A stretch of DNA of 64,000 bases from the human T2T-CHM13v2.0 reference genome, Homo sapiens: NCBI RefSeq assembly GCF_009914755.1, contig NC_060932.1. One strand, 5' to 3'. The notes under the pieces were generated by a model. The model was not told the origin of the DNA. It searched no databases and saw only the letters and a list, made by a program, of their open reading frames with translations. A program made the position numbers and the translations under genes. Every line of letters begins with the position of its first letter. Within the stretch, counting starts at the first letter, position 1. Positions 1 to 12,240 of the stretch are shown here, piece by piece.

Positions 1-829
1 TCCTCCCGCTGCACGAGTCATCGATAGCATTTCTTCACTGGGCTTTATTACTGTGAAGAAAACCTTTTTATTTCTTTCATGTGATTTGACACTAGGAATT
101 ATTAAAAAGAACTTAAAACCAAAGCCATGACAAAAAATAAAAAACACCAATATGCTGTGAATGTATCATTTTTATTCCTGGGACTGGTTTTATTATTTTT
201 GGAACTATTACAAGACTTCTGTTAAACATGTTGAATGTTAAGAGGAAACAGACTCTCAGCAAATGTTGAAAACCAATTACAGAAACGTCCCTGCTAGAAC
301 TAGAGAAACACAGGAGGGACCGAGAAGAAGTTTGCCCTCCCCCTTCTCCCACTGCCCAAAACACACAGATGGTGGAATTCCCGTGAAGAAAAATACGATG
401 ATTACATTGTGGTCCTTATTCTTCTGTTCACAAGCAAAAAAACACTAAAACGATACTTCTGAGTCAAACCTATTTATAATGAGTTCAACATAGGATTATT
501 TAAGGCAAATCTGATACAGGAAAAACTCATATAACTTACAGAATGATTCTTTACTATACACAAAAAAAGCTTCACCACTAATCAAGAAATCAAATTACAT
601 TACATTTAAAAACACCTAAATTTCAAATATTAATTTATGGAACTTTCAGGAGCACATCGCTGTAAACAGTACTGTAAAAGCATGCTATCATGTACACATT
701 GATTAAAGTACATAATTTTATCTACATGAATACTGACAAGATTGAAATTTTTTAAAATTCAATTTTGAAACCCTAGAAAGCTGATTTAGGAAAAGAATCA
801 ACAGAAGAAAGAAACTTATTTTCAGTTAT

Positions 830-1370
830 TATTCAGCTATTACTTTCCCATGTGCTACCATAAGTGAGGCTTTGTGCTAAGCACCAAAAAGGTACAGATG
901 AGTAAGACACCCTCTTTGACCTCAAGGAACTTCCAGTTTTGGAAACGCAAGGCAGTAGTTAAAATTCAATATGGTAGCCAGGCATTTGCAGTCCCAGCTA
1001 CTGGGGAGGCTTAAGTGAGAGGATCACTTGAGCCCAAGAGTTTGAGGTTGCCGTGAGCTATGATTGTGCCACTGCACTCCTGCATCAGTGACAAAGCAAG
1101 ACACCATCTCTTAAAAAATAAAAATTAAAGACATGTAAAAATAATTAAAAAATGCAATGTGGTAACTGCAATAATAGAGGCAGCCCACGTGGAAGGGGCT
1201 CTAGGAAGTCTTCGTATTCTTGGCAGAAAGAACAGCATATGCAAGGTTGAGAGTGGTGGGTGGGTTAGGGCAGCAGTCTGATGCGTCAGAAGCAAGGATG
1301 TAGAAAACAAAGACAGCAGTGTAGACTGTAGGTAAAGGAGGGGCTGGATCATGATGGGTGTCTGAATCAG
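830..1370. mobile_element. Old L2-like LINE fragments, interrupted by an Alu monomer
   Basis: Degenerate L2-type phrases ('gtgctaccata...tgtgctaagcac', 'gaacagcatatgcaaggttgag', 'gctggatcatg'). By-eye family call. Confidence 0.45.
977..1124 (+). mobile_element. Alu monomer (FRAM / AluJ right arm)
   Basis: 'gtcccagctactggggaggc...ggatcacttgagccc...ccactgcactcc' followed by an A-rich tail. Confidence 0.85.
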
Positions 1371-1960
1371 GCACCATCTGAGGTGGTCATCAAAGGCATA
1401 TTCCTTAGGGGTTTTTGTAAAGACTTTTAAGAAGTGTGGGCAGAGTTAAGGGAATCAACAACGGTGAGGCTCCCAGGGCCCAGCAGCAGTGGGAAGCCAG
1501 GCCCTCCCCTAGCCTGAGAGGAGAAGATGGCACAGCCAGAGTTGGGCCATGCACTAGAGGCAAGGAAGAGTGGCCACCTGTTGAGCCCTAAGAAACACTA
1601 GAAAAAAGATCCGGAAAACTATGTGCTTGTTATCAGATTTAAAATATTTTTAAATATTTGTACTATGTTTTAATATCTGGGTTAGAGAAATATCACATGG
1701 TAAACGCTTAATTATGGAACTCTGAAAAAAAAAAGACACATCCATTAGCTAATAAGAGGCCAGGTGGTTCTCTTTAGTAGGGCCTGAAGAGGTGTCTCCA
1801 CTGCCCCTGGGGCACCTCGGATGTTAAGACACTGGGCACAGCCATGCCTGTTACCCCGATGGCAGAGTGACTCGATAGGTCGGGCTTGCCAGCTGCTGTC
1901 CCTTCCTCCATGCTGTTCCCTAGATGTCACTTCACTGTACAGGAGCTAGAGAACCAGTTG
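1370..1960. mobile_element. Ancient ERVL/MaLR-type LTR fragment
   Basis: 'gtgtgggcagagttaagggaatcaac...ccagggcccagcagcagtgggaagcca...cccctagcctga' resembles old ERVL LTRs. Subfamily uncertain. Confidence 0.35.
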
Positions 1961-2761
1961 TTGGCCAAAGATAAAGAGAACTAAGTGCTAAGTGGGAGGA
2001 TGTGTGCATACAATCTTTTTCTGCCTCTCAGCCCAAACATCAAATCCTCACACTGATCCTTAATCACAAAAGTTAAACAGACTTAGCCAACTCAATTTTC
2101 AGTGATAATGAGCATCGAAAATCACATGGATTAATAAGTCACAAATCATCCCCTTCAGAATAATTTTATTTCTAACTTCTTAACCCTCCTTATATAGGCA
2201 CTGTAAACAAGCAACAACTGGGATTGATCTGAGACTGACTACACTCTTTTTTCTCCTGTCTTCGGCAGAGCTACAGATGAGCGCTCTAATGGCCACAAAC
2301 TACAGAACCAGTGCCTAAAGAGAGAGACCACAGGAACTGTAAGGGGTAGTGACCCGTTAGCCTTGATTGCCATTAGCGATGTGCCAGCTCTCAGCCAAAG
2401 GTATAGACTGAAGAAGAGAGGCAAAAGAAAATTTTAAAAACACAGTCCTTCATCTCAGCCACGCTAATGAACCTCCAACATTCCTGTCTTGCCCTCTTGG
2501 TTCCTCCTCCCTTCTCCATCTTCTGAAGGTTTGGGTGATTTGTAGGCATTCAGCCAACAATTGAGTGACTGAGTATGCTAACACATCTTCGGGGACTAAC
2601 ACATTAGATGCCGTAAACACAGCCAGTAGGTATAGAGTTCTATGGAGCAATAGGTCTGAAGGAAGAAAAAGAGGGGGAAAGGTAACAGAGAGACAGGAAG
2701 TGGAAAGACTTACCCATGCACCCACTATCCATGCCAAGGGTCTGTTCAAAAGAGCACAGAA

Positions 2762-3377
2762 GGCTGGGTGTGGTTGCTCATGCCGGTAATCCCAACACGT
2801 TGGGAGGCCAAGGCGGGAGGATCACTTGAGCCCAGGAGTTCCACACTTAGCCTGGGTAATATGGCAAGGCGCTATCTTTAAAAAAAGTAAATAAATTAGG
2901 CCGGGTGCGGTGGCTCACGCCTGTAATCTCAGCACTTTGGGAGGCCAAGGTGGGGGGGGGGCATGGAACACAAGGCCAGGAGTTGAAGACCAGCCTGGCC
3001 AATATGGTGAAACCCCGTTTCTACTAAAAATACAAAAATTAGCCAGGCGTGGTGATGTGTGCCTGTAATCTCAGCCACTTGGGAGGCTGAGACAGGAGAA
3101 TCGCTGAACCCAGGAGGCAGAGGTTGTGGTGAGCCAAAATCGTGCCACTGCACTCCAGCCTGGGTGACCGAGTGAGACTCTTTCTCAAAAAAAAAAAAAA
3201 AAGTAAATAAATTAGCTGGGTGTAGTGGTGTGTGCCTGTAGTCCCAGCTACAGGAGGCTGATGCAGGAGGATCAACTGAGCCTGGGAGGTCCAGGCTGCA
3301 ATGAGCTGTGATCACGACACTGCACTCTAGCCTGGGATGACAGAGCAAGACCCTGTCTCAATCCATCAATCAATAAA
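2762..3377 (+). mobile_element. AluJ split by a nested AluS
   Basis: AluJ left arm 2762-2898 and right arm 3203-3377, with J-type 'aggatcacttgagccc' motifs. Confidence 0.9.
2899..3202 (+). mobile_element. AluS inserted in the A-rich linker of the AluJ
   Basis: Full dimer starting GGCCGGG with a polyA tail, flanked by the TSD AAAAGTAAATAAATTA(G). Confidence 0.9.
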
Positions 3378-3629
3378 AGAGGACAGAAGAAGAAAATTTG
3401 AAGGGATAATTCCGTTAAAAATTATACGGGTGCTTGACTTAACAGATGGCCATCTTATACTCACATAGCCACCTGAAATATAAATGAATGAAAAGGCTAA
3501 TGCAAAAATGTCTAAATTAGTAAACTGTCCAAGAGGTCTGATAAAAATGAATTAATAATCTCTAAGTTGAAAAATGAATATTCATATATATAGCTATAAG
3601 TCTGTTTAGTGAGTGATTGAAAATACGTA

Positions 3630-3840
3630 GCCACAGGGCTTTGAGCAATCAGGCTGGAATCCCAGTTCTATACCCACCGACCGTCAGGCCTTGGGCAAGT
3701 TACTTAACCTCTAGAGCATGTTTCCAAATCTTTAAAATGGGATAATAACTGTACCTGCCTCCTAAAATCTTTGTGAAGATTAAATAAAATACTTAGAATG
3801 GTGTTTGACATATACCAAGTGTTCTATAAATATTATCACT
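3630..3840 (+). mobile_element. MIR
   Basis: MIR core 'ccttgggcaagttacttaacctct...aaaatgggataata...tgtgaagattaaat'. Confidence 0.8.
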
Positions 3841-4702
3841 CTATATAAAGTTACATATTTAATGCCAAAGCAAAAATCCTAAGGAAAACACATGCTGGAA
3901 AAGTCTCAAACTTATTTTTTGAGGCATTTTATACCTTATAGCCTACATCATATTGCCTAATGTTTGGGTTTATTATAAACAACTTTTTATTTCACTCAGC
4001 TTAATCTCTAAATTTTAATCACTCAATAACTTTTAAGTAAAACCAGTTTAATTATAAAAATTAAGAATTTAAGCGCTAGGAGTTTAAATAAAACTAAATC
4101 TGCTTCACTCACACAACTATTTATGGTTCACTTCTAGGGACAGCTATCAGAAATCATGCTAGTTATTTCTGCTTTTTTTATTCCTGTATTATGATGGATG
4201 AGGGTGAGGCGTCTAGAAAACTGTCATATGAGGAAGCGGCAACGTCTTACAATTTTCCTTATATCTTTTCTCTTTTCCTTACCAAAAAAAAAAAAGACAT
4301 ATTGCATTAGTATAAATTTGAGGAAAGTCTGTAAATTTAATTAACATCAAATCTGGTTTAGTGGAAATCATTCTAATAAGAAATGAGGTCATGTCTCTTG
4401 CAATGAATCATGTCATTAAATTTATCTTCTTTCTGAAGTCTTTCCTTCATTTGTTTGTCATTTCCAAGTCCTTAATTGTTGTTGATTACTCAAATAAAAT
4501 CAGGTTTTTTAGTTTTGAAAAGATATGAAACTGATGCTAAAAAAATCTCTATCTCTACACGTCTGCTTTTAACTTTACAATATTTTTTCTACCCAGTTTT
4601 TTTAAAGCAAATACCAAGTTTATTTTATTCAAAATCTTCATTTATCATGTGTATCTCTTATTTCACGGGTGTCTTCACATATTCCTCTATTGTTTTAATT
4701 TT

Positions 4703-4826
4703 CTTTTTCTTTTTTTTTTTTTTTTAAAGAGACAGGGGTTTAACTATGTTGCCCAGGCTGGACTCAAACTCCAGGGCTCAAGTGAACCTCCCAAGTAGTT
4801 GGGACTACAGCATTGCGCCCAGCCTA
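4703..4826 (-). mobile_element. FLAM / Alu left monomer
   Basis: polyT then 'gagacagggg...tatgttgcccaggctgg...gcccagcc'. Confidence 0.85.
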
Positions 4827-5872
4827 ATTTTCATTTACTCCACAATTACACTCTACGAGATTACAACCTCACTTAAATAACACCCACGTATTTTCAAAGA
4901 TAATCTTGGGAGAATTATCATCTTCTCAAGGGCTCTTTCAAAGGTCTCATCTACTCCAAGGCCTTGAGATACGATTCAATCCATAGGACACATCAAGATT
5001 TCAACTCTAGTCAGAATCAGTATTTTAACAATGGAAGCAAACTGGGAAAGCTAAGCAGTCTCGCGTCTTTACACACATGGAAACTATGACCATATATATT
5101 ATACTTTTCCTTAACATTTTACAAAGGACATTCAGATGACTTATCACAGGTCCTAATTAAAAGAATCCTGAAGACAAAGCCAAGTCATTTTCATAACACT
5201 TGACCCTTTTCAACTACCTTAATATTTTTCATCTTAAAGGAAAGCTTTATGTCAAATCCAAGTATTTTATCTCCTTGTTAAAGCTGAGCTTGTATTTTAA
5301 ATCAGCACCTTTATGCCAGTCTCAGAATCTCAAAACAGTTACATTTTCCCCTACGGTGTTCCCACCACTGAAAGGCCCCCAGGCGGGGCTGTCCAGGACC
5401 CTCGCTCCGCACCCATTTTGATCCCAGGAAGGGCGGTCGGGCAGGGACGGAGACGGCCGCGACCAGACAATGTCCTGCATTCACCGCGGCCTCGGCCAAT
5501 CACAGGCCGGCGCCTCCCGGCCCCGTGCGGCGCCACCGGCCACTGCTCCGGCCGGAGGAAAACCTGGCTCTAGTCGGCCATCTGCGGCTAATCCAGTCAG
5601 AGCGCGCGGCGCTCCCACGGCGCCCGGCCCGGGGAAGGGGTCTGGGCAGCAGGCGCCGCGGCGTACCCCGGGGGCAGGGTCGCGAACTGAGGGCAGGACG
5701 CGCCGCCCCCTCCGCCCGAACGCGGCGCTGTCCCTTTAAGATGATCCTCCTCCCGGGGCCAAGCAGCGCGTTGGCGGCCCCGCCGCAGGGGGCAGCGACA
5801 TCCGGGCTACCGGACTGGCGACGGCGGCGGCCCCTCGGGCAGCTACCAGTCCCCGCGGGATGCCCGGCTCAC

Positions 5873-6050
5873 CGCCGCCGGAGAAGAGGAGCCCTCCAGG
5901 CCAAAAAAATCCCCCCAAGCCCAGGGTCGCACCGCGGCGGCCGCGGCATGTGCCGCCACCCGCCTCCGCCTCGCAGACTCCGGGGCCGGGACGCCGGGGC
6001 CAGCACGCGGGTCACGAACGCTCAGCCTGCGGGGCCGCGCGGCGCGCGCC
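5873..6050 (-). ncRNA. Candidate first exon of a minus-strand transcript from the upstream CpG island
   Basis: Minus-strand donor GCG|GTGAGC (GT at 5872-5871) lies just downstream of the CCAAT/GC boxes at 6087-6140. The TSS position is a guess. Confidence 0.4.
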
Positions 6051-6226
6051 CGCCTCAGGACCGCCCCACCTCCTGCGCGTGCCCAGGGGGCGGGGCGCTG
6101 CTGATCAGCCAATCAGCGCCAGACTCCAGGGACCGCCCCTGAAGTCTTCTTAGGGGGCGGCTCTGGAGGGGGAACTTCGTCGGGGGGGAGCGGCGGCTGG
6201 CTGTGGGTGTGGAAAAGCGGGCGCGC

Positions 6227-6272
6227 CAGAGGGGCTGGGAAGGTGGGAGCAGAGGGGCTGGGAAGGTGGGAG
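6227..6272 (+). repeat. Perfect 23-bp tandem duplication, G-rich
   Basis: CAGAGGGGCTGGGAAGGTGGGAG x2. Confidence 0.9.
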
Positions 6273-9200
6273 CGGAGGCGCTGGCCCCGACTCCTAAGCT
6301 GTGCGGAAGTGAAAGGGGCGGGAGCGGCGGGGAAGGGCGCTGGCCGCGCGTGAGAACCGGCGCGGGCGAGCCGGGGGCGGGGAGGCGCCGGGAGCAGGTG
6401 GTGCAGCCCGAGGTGTGCGGGAGGGGCTGGCATGTCCTGGAGATGGGAAAAGCGGGGATGGATGTGCTGAGCTAATAAGCGTACTGCCAGAGCTGTCAAG
6501 GTTTATTTATGCAGGACAGAGAACTTAGAGAAGTTATTCACTGACTGGTGGACACACGTTCTAAGATTTTCCTCCGTTCGGTTTAAGAGAAAAGTGCTTA
6601 CATGTTTCTGATGCCTGGTGATATTTATTAAAATTGAAAGTTGGTCACTTGATATTTTATCATAGGGTTGGGAGAAAGAGGAACAAAAGGCATTTATAAA
6701 GCAAAAGCCATTTCTGCAATGCACTCTATTAAAAATTTGAGAACGAATGTGTTTCAACAATCGGATGCATTGAATTAATTTGTAGGAGGGTAGAGTGAGG
6801 CTTGTATTGGCTGGGAGATTCACTGCCAGGTGGTCATGCATAAGCCCCTACCCCAAGCTCTCATTTTCCCTACCTGCAGAATTAGACCAATGAATACCCC
6901 ACCTGTCTCACCGCATGTTTTGAGATTCCGCGTGTGTGAGGGAGGGAGGGCTGGAGCGCAGGCCGGTGCCGTCTGGGCCGCCCTCTCTCCCGGGCGTGCT
7001 CTGGACCGTCTCGTCCCCTCCGGGCGCGTCATCCTGCTTTCGGAACCCCCGTGTCCTGAAGTCCAGGCATATTTAACTTGGGTGCCACAGAAATCTCAAA
7101 ATCTAGGTGTTCTCAGCGGAGCTGGGCACCTTCCCTACAAGCCTCGCGTGTTTCCTGTCTCAGCAAAGACAACACTACAATCTGGTCATTATCCCCCTAC
7201 CCCAATTCACCTAGCCCCGGGATCCGTTTTGCGTCTGCACTTCAGGCCGCCTGGTTGTCGCTGCTGCAGCTCTCATACCTCGGTGCGGGGCGCGGCGTCT
7301 CCCACCTGGACCTCCGGCGACCGCTCACCGCTCTCTCCGCCTCCGCCCTTGCCCCTCCCCTGTCTCGACAGCACAGCCAGTCAGATGCTTTATTTTAATG
7401 TAAATCTGTTCGTGTCACTCCTGTTTACGATCTTTTATGGGCTCTCTGTTGCTCTCGGGATAAAGTCCTATCTCCTTAAATTCGCTTAATAGGGCCCTCC
7501 TAATCCAGTTACCGCTTTCGTCTGCGGCTGGATCTTTTACCTTGGGCCGCTCCTCCAGCCCTTCTTCGCGTTCCGCCTAACCTGGACTGCTTTCACTTCT
7601 CTCAACTTGCCGACTCAAGCTGCTGCAGCACTTCTCCGTCTCCTCCCTGCTTCTTTCGTTTCCTGCACCTCCTTCCCCAGCGTGAGCGTTAAGGGCGCCC
7701 GTGGAACCCCTTCCTTTGCCGCGCACCGGTAGCCTTGCACTGCCGTGGGCTGCGGTCCGACCTGGGGCGCGTCCCACGCCAGCCCTTTGGAGCATGGGCT
7801 GCATTGTTCCGGTTTCCTAGGACGGTCCTGACAATACTGGCAGAGCCCAATAACCCTTTTAGGATACACAGTGATGGGCGCAGAAAACCAAACAAGTAGC
7901 CTGAGATCTTTGCTGATTGATTCATTTTATATTGCTGTATTTTTCAGTTTTAAAATTTTCCACTTTATAAGAATAGCATTTTTTTAAATTATATAAATTT
8001 AAAACTGATAATGACGTTTTACACCACAAACAATTACAAATCTCTTTTAGCAGAAAGTGTGTGTGGTTTGTGAAATGAAATCAGGAACAGTGGCTCGATG
8101 TTCAATGCACATGGGCAGAAATGTTCACTTTAAACTCAGATGCTGAAACTTTAAAACAGCTGAAACTCATGCCCCAATAATCATTAAAGGAAGGACCAGA
8201 AGAAAAGAGCAGTAAGCTGGGCTTATTATTAATTTGTAGGCTAGTAATTATCGATAGGTTAAGAAATTGCTTTGTTACTGGCTTTTTTAAAAAAATCCTG
8301 GTACTGTTAATATTTCTATTGTTTATATGAGACGTCAGTGTAACAAATTGGAATTCTCATTTTCCCAGTGCTCCCTCCTAGCTAGCAATGATAACATATG
8401 TGCCTTTGGATCTGTAGTATTTCTAAACATGGTTCTGCTACACACTTTCCAATAAAGTTAAACAAGAATTCTTTGTTGAGCTATGTAATATTTAGAGGGG
8501 AGGATAGGGGAATAAATCTTAACTACTGCGAATTGTTTCCCTTCAGCCTAACTCTGAAGGAGATCCTTGTTGGTTTTTTCATTACTGTACTACTAGGCTG
8601 TTTACTTTGTTACACTTTTGTGGAAGGGAGCAGAACTTAGTAAATAATAAAAAATAAAAAATAAGTGGGGAGAGTTTAATAAAATAAGCAAAAAATAAAT
8701 GAAATATAGAAGTAAAGTAATAATGCACTTTTAGTTAGAAAAATTTGTTTCTATGCTCTGTGCTATAATTAACATAAGCTCTTATGCCGCTCAATTTATC
8801 TAATGAAAACAATATTTCAAGCAGAAGAAATAGGCATTATAGTTATTTACTGTTTCTACAGAAAAATATTATTCAAACATGAATCTTATCTGTTTATAGG
8901 ACCTGTCAAATAGCTATTATAAACAAATGATAAGAGAATAATAAATGCTGGAGAAATGGCTTTTCTTTTGGAGGTAGGCTTGAATAATTTTGAGTTTAGA
9001 AAACATTTTAGACACTCTAATTTGGTAAAAGTCCTAAAATTACACTTCACTTACATTCTAGCTAACTGCATTTTTCACTTTTTAAACCTGTTGAAAAATC
9101 TTATTTCCAAACTTGATGGAATGGTAAAGGATTTTTTTAAAGTGTTTATAATGAAACATTTTTAATAGCTAGTTTTAAGAGTATATCTATAATGGAAATA

Positions 9201-11110
9201 CAGTACATTTCAGGCTTATTTATAAGCATGCCAAACCTGATTAGGTGACTACTTGAAATAAACATATTTAAAATGAGATCTAAGAGTGCTGTTTGCTGCA
9301 TTTGTTGGTTTAGCAGAAATTTCCAGTTAATTGGGCATTGAAAAGACACTGCCAGCCTAGTAGAGATAAGCAGATATGATGACTAGAGAAAGGGAGAGTG
9401 GAAAGAGGGTGAGATGTGGGACTAAAAGACTGAGGACTAAGTCAGCGAGCTTTATACCTTCTTCGAGTTATGTCTGAGACTTAGTTTCTACATTTACAAA
9501 TTGGGCAACTATTTGCCATCTTGACCACCTCGCAGTACTGATACAAGTATCAAATGAGAATAATGTGTGCCGTAAACCTTAAGACACTGGTCAAATAGTA
9601 GTTACGGATACTGTTGTACACATTCTACTGTGGACTTGGAGACATTTGGTTTTCATGGAAATCACCATAATAACCATATATATCTCTCATATATAATACA
9701 AGAAGTATAAAGAAATCTAAAAAGGAAATAAATTACCTTTTCACAACTCTGATTCTCTAAGGGGGATTCATATGTACTTGCATTTGCTCATGGGTAATAG
9801 ATGATTACTAGAGACAAAACAGAGCTGATTATTAGAGACAAAAAATAATTGTAATAAGTTTGCAGAGGAATCTGGTACAGTCTAGATTTTGTTATGCTTT
9901 AAGTATTATAAAAGCGAGGTAACATTTGTATATAAGGAAGAAACTAAAAAAATAGATAAAAATAGGGCAAGTATTTAATGAAGGATATCATGTTCAATAC
10001 TGTCAAAGATTGAGAAAGAAGAAAAATAGTCTTCATTGGTGATATTTATGTGTTATTATTGACCCATGATAAATCTGAGGAATCAAATAGCAATGAAAGC
10101 AATTCTTCTATATTATCCTGACATCTTCATCCAAGTTTGATATATTTGGCCAGCAGTTAGTCATCCTAATAGGTTTGACTGATAACTTACAATGTGCAGA
10201 GTGCTTTAGTGCACACTGCATGAATGGTAAAATAAATATAAGATGCATTTTTTTCCTCAAGGGGGCTAAAATTGGCTTCTGAAAAGTCAAACAAAACCAA
10301 GCCCTAGCCCATTTTTGAGTGAGCCTCCATTCTTTGCAAGGGAAGGAGAGCTGGGTGGGTAGTTTCATCTTTGCACCCTTCTAACATGCTCTTCCAACAA
10401 GCAGTGGAGGAGGACTCAGGCCTGAATCCATCACCCTCATGCTCCTCCATTGTACCATTATAGGCTGATTCTTTTGGATCCTGAAGTTTTTGATTTTCTA
10501 AAGTTTCCCCTTAAAATATGAATCTCTCTAGGAGGGGTATAGATGGTACTTTGATACCTAGATAATCTTTTACCTGCTCAGCAGAGATTGTTCTTATCCT
10601 GCAGAGAGCAAGAAAAGGAACAAGATGGAAATGTCAGAAAAGGGAAAGTAAGCGGCAAAGGCAGAGATGCAGAAAGGATCAATGACCACGTGAAGCGAGC
10701 TCAAAGAAGCTTTGATGGCTTTGCCTTGGAATAATGTCTCTCTAGCTCTGTTTCTGAGCTGCTCTGGCATCATGACCTGGGGTTCCAGCCTCTGCTCTTA
10801 GGGTTCTGGGGTCTGCTTCTCTGGCTCTACCCATAATCCTTGCCTGTCATGGAGTTCCGCTGAGTTCCAACCAGTTTGATGGTAAACTAGAAGGAAAAGC
10901 AGTCCTAAGGTTGGAAGACGAGTTCTCTGTGACTTTGAGTCATTCAGGCTTTTACCAACTTCCATTTCCACATTTGTACAAAGAGACGGTGGATGACTTC
11001 CCTCTTTTGCTCTGGATTTCTCCCTTTCTCTGTGAAATTTCCTTTTCCCCTCAGTCCTTTCACTGCAATTAAGCCTGTACCACAGGTGGTCAAAATCCTA
11101 GCTGCCCCCA

Positions 11111-11388
11111 GGCCAGGCGCGGTGACTCACGCTTGTAATCCCAGCACTTTGGGAGGCCGAGGCGGGCAGATCACGAGGTCAGGAGATCAAGACCATCCTG
11201 GCTAACACGGTGAAACCCCGTCTCTACTAAAAATACAAAAAATTAGCCGGGTGTGGTGGCGGGCACTTGTAGGCCCAACTACTCGGGAGGCTGAGGCAGA
11301 ATGGCATGAACCCGGGAGGCGGAGCTTGCAGTGATCAGAGATCGCACCACTGCCACTGCACTCCAGCCTGGGCGACATAGCGAGACTC

Positions 11389-11414
<26 letters not shown>
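11111..11414 (+). mobile_element. AluY
   Basis: Y-diagnostic 'gaccatcctggctaacacggtgaaacc' and a (TAAA)n tail. TSD AAATCCTAGCTGCCCCCA at 11093-11110 and 11415-11432. Confidence 0.92.
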
Positions 11415-11419
<5 letters not shown>

Positions 11420-11432
11420 CTAGCTGCCCCCA

Positions 11433-11990
11433 AAATGTGGAAACAACCTGAACGTCCATTGATGGATGAATGAATAAACAAAATGTGGTATAGACATACA
11501 GTAAAATATTATTCAGCCTTAAAAGGAAGGAAATTCTGACACATGCTACACGATAGATGAACTTTGAGGATATTATGCTAAGTGAAATAAGCCAGATGCA
11601 AAAGTCATACAAATATTTTATGACTTCACTCATATGAGGTACTCAGAATAGGCAAAATTCATAGAAACAGAAAGTAGAATAAAGGTTACCAGGGGTGCCA
11701 GGCGCGGTGGCTCACGCCTGTAATCCCAGCACTTTGGGAGGCCGAGGCGGGCGGATCACAAGGTCAGGAGATCAAGACCATCCTGGCTAACGCGGTGAAA
11801 CTCTGTCTCTACTAAAAATAGAGACAAAAAAAAAAAAATAGCCGGGCGTGATGGCGGGTACCTATAGTCCCAGCTACTTGGGAGGCTGAGGTAGGAGAAT
11901 GGCGTGAACCCGGGAGGCGGAGCTTGCAGTGAGCCTAGATTGTGCCACTGCACTGCAGCCTGGGCGACAGAGCGAGACTCCATCTCAAAA

Positions 11991-12033
<43 letters not shown>

Positions 12034-12240
12034 AAGGTTACCGGGGGTGGGGGAGAGGCGAGAGTGGGGAGTTAGTGTGTAATGGGTACAAAGTTTCAGT
12101 TTGGAATGATGGATAAGTTCTGGAAAAGGATAGTGGTGATAGTTGCACAACAGTGGGAATATAATTAATGCCACTGAACTATACAATTTAAAAGGATAAA
12201 TGTTATGTATATTTTACCACAGTAAAAAGATATATTAAAC
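11433..12240 (+). mobile_element. L1MB-type 3' end fragment, interrupted by an AluY
   Basis: 'tggaaacaacc...gatgaatgaataaacaaaatgtgg...attatgctaagtgaaataagccag...ccactgaactatac'. Confidence 0.8.
11697..12032 (+). mobile_element. AluY
   Basis: Full dimer with a (TAAA)n tail. TSD AAAGGTTACC(A/G)GGGGTG at 11681-11697 and 12033-12049. Confidence 0.92.

Larger units (their letters stand above)
5350..7800. promoter_or_regulatory. Orphan CpG island / promoter (GC-rich core 5350-6450, AT-rich spacer 6480-6830, second GC block 6910-7800)
   Basis: High GC and CpG density. CCAAT boxes at ~5496 and ~6109, GC boxes at ~6087-6097 and ~6315, ETS site CGGAAGTG at 6304-6311. Confidence 0.85.

Noticed and set aside
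2929-3348. ORFs with 'LECSG', 'SASQVAG', 'LGLPKC' motifs (also at 11.2, 15.2, 16.2, 21.2, 28.1, 44.5, 52.5 and 53.5 kb)
   Set aside because: These are standard translations of Alu sequence.
5313-7925. ORFs up to 219 aa in the upstream island
   Set aside because: GC-driven open frames, mostly non-ATG starts, no recognisable protein family.
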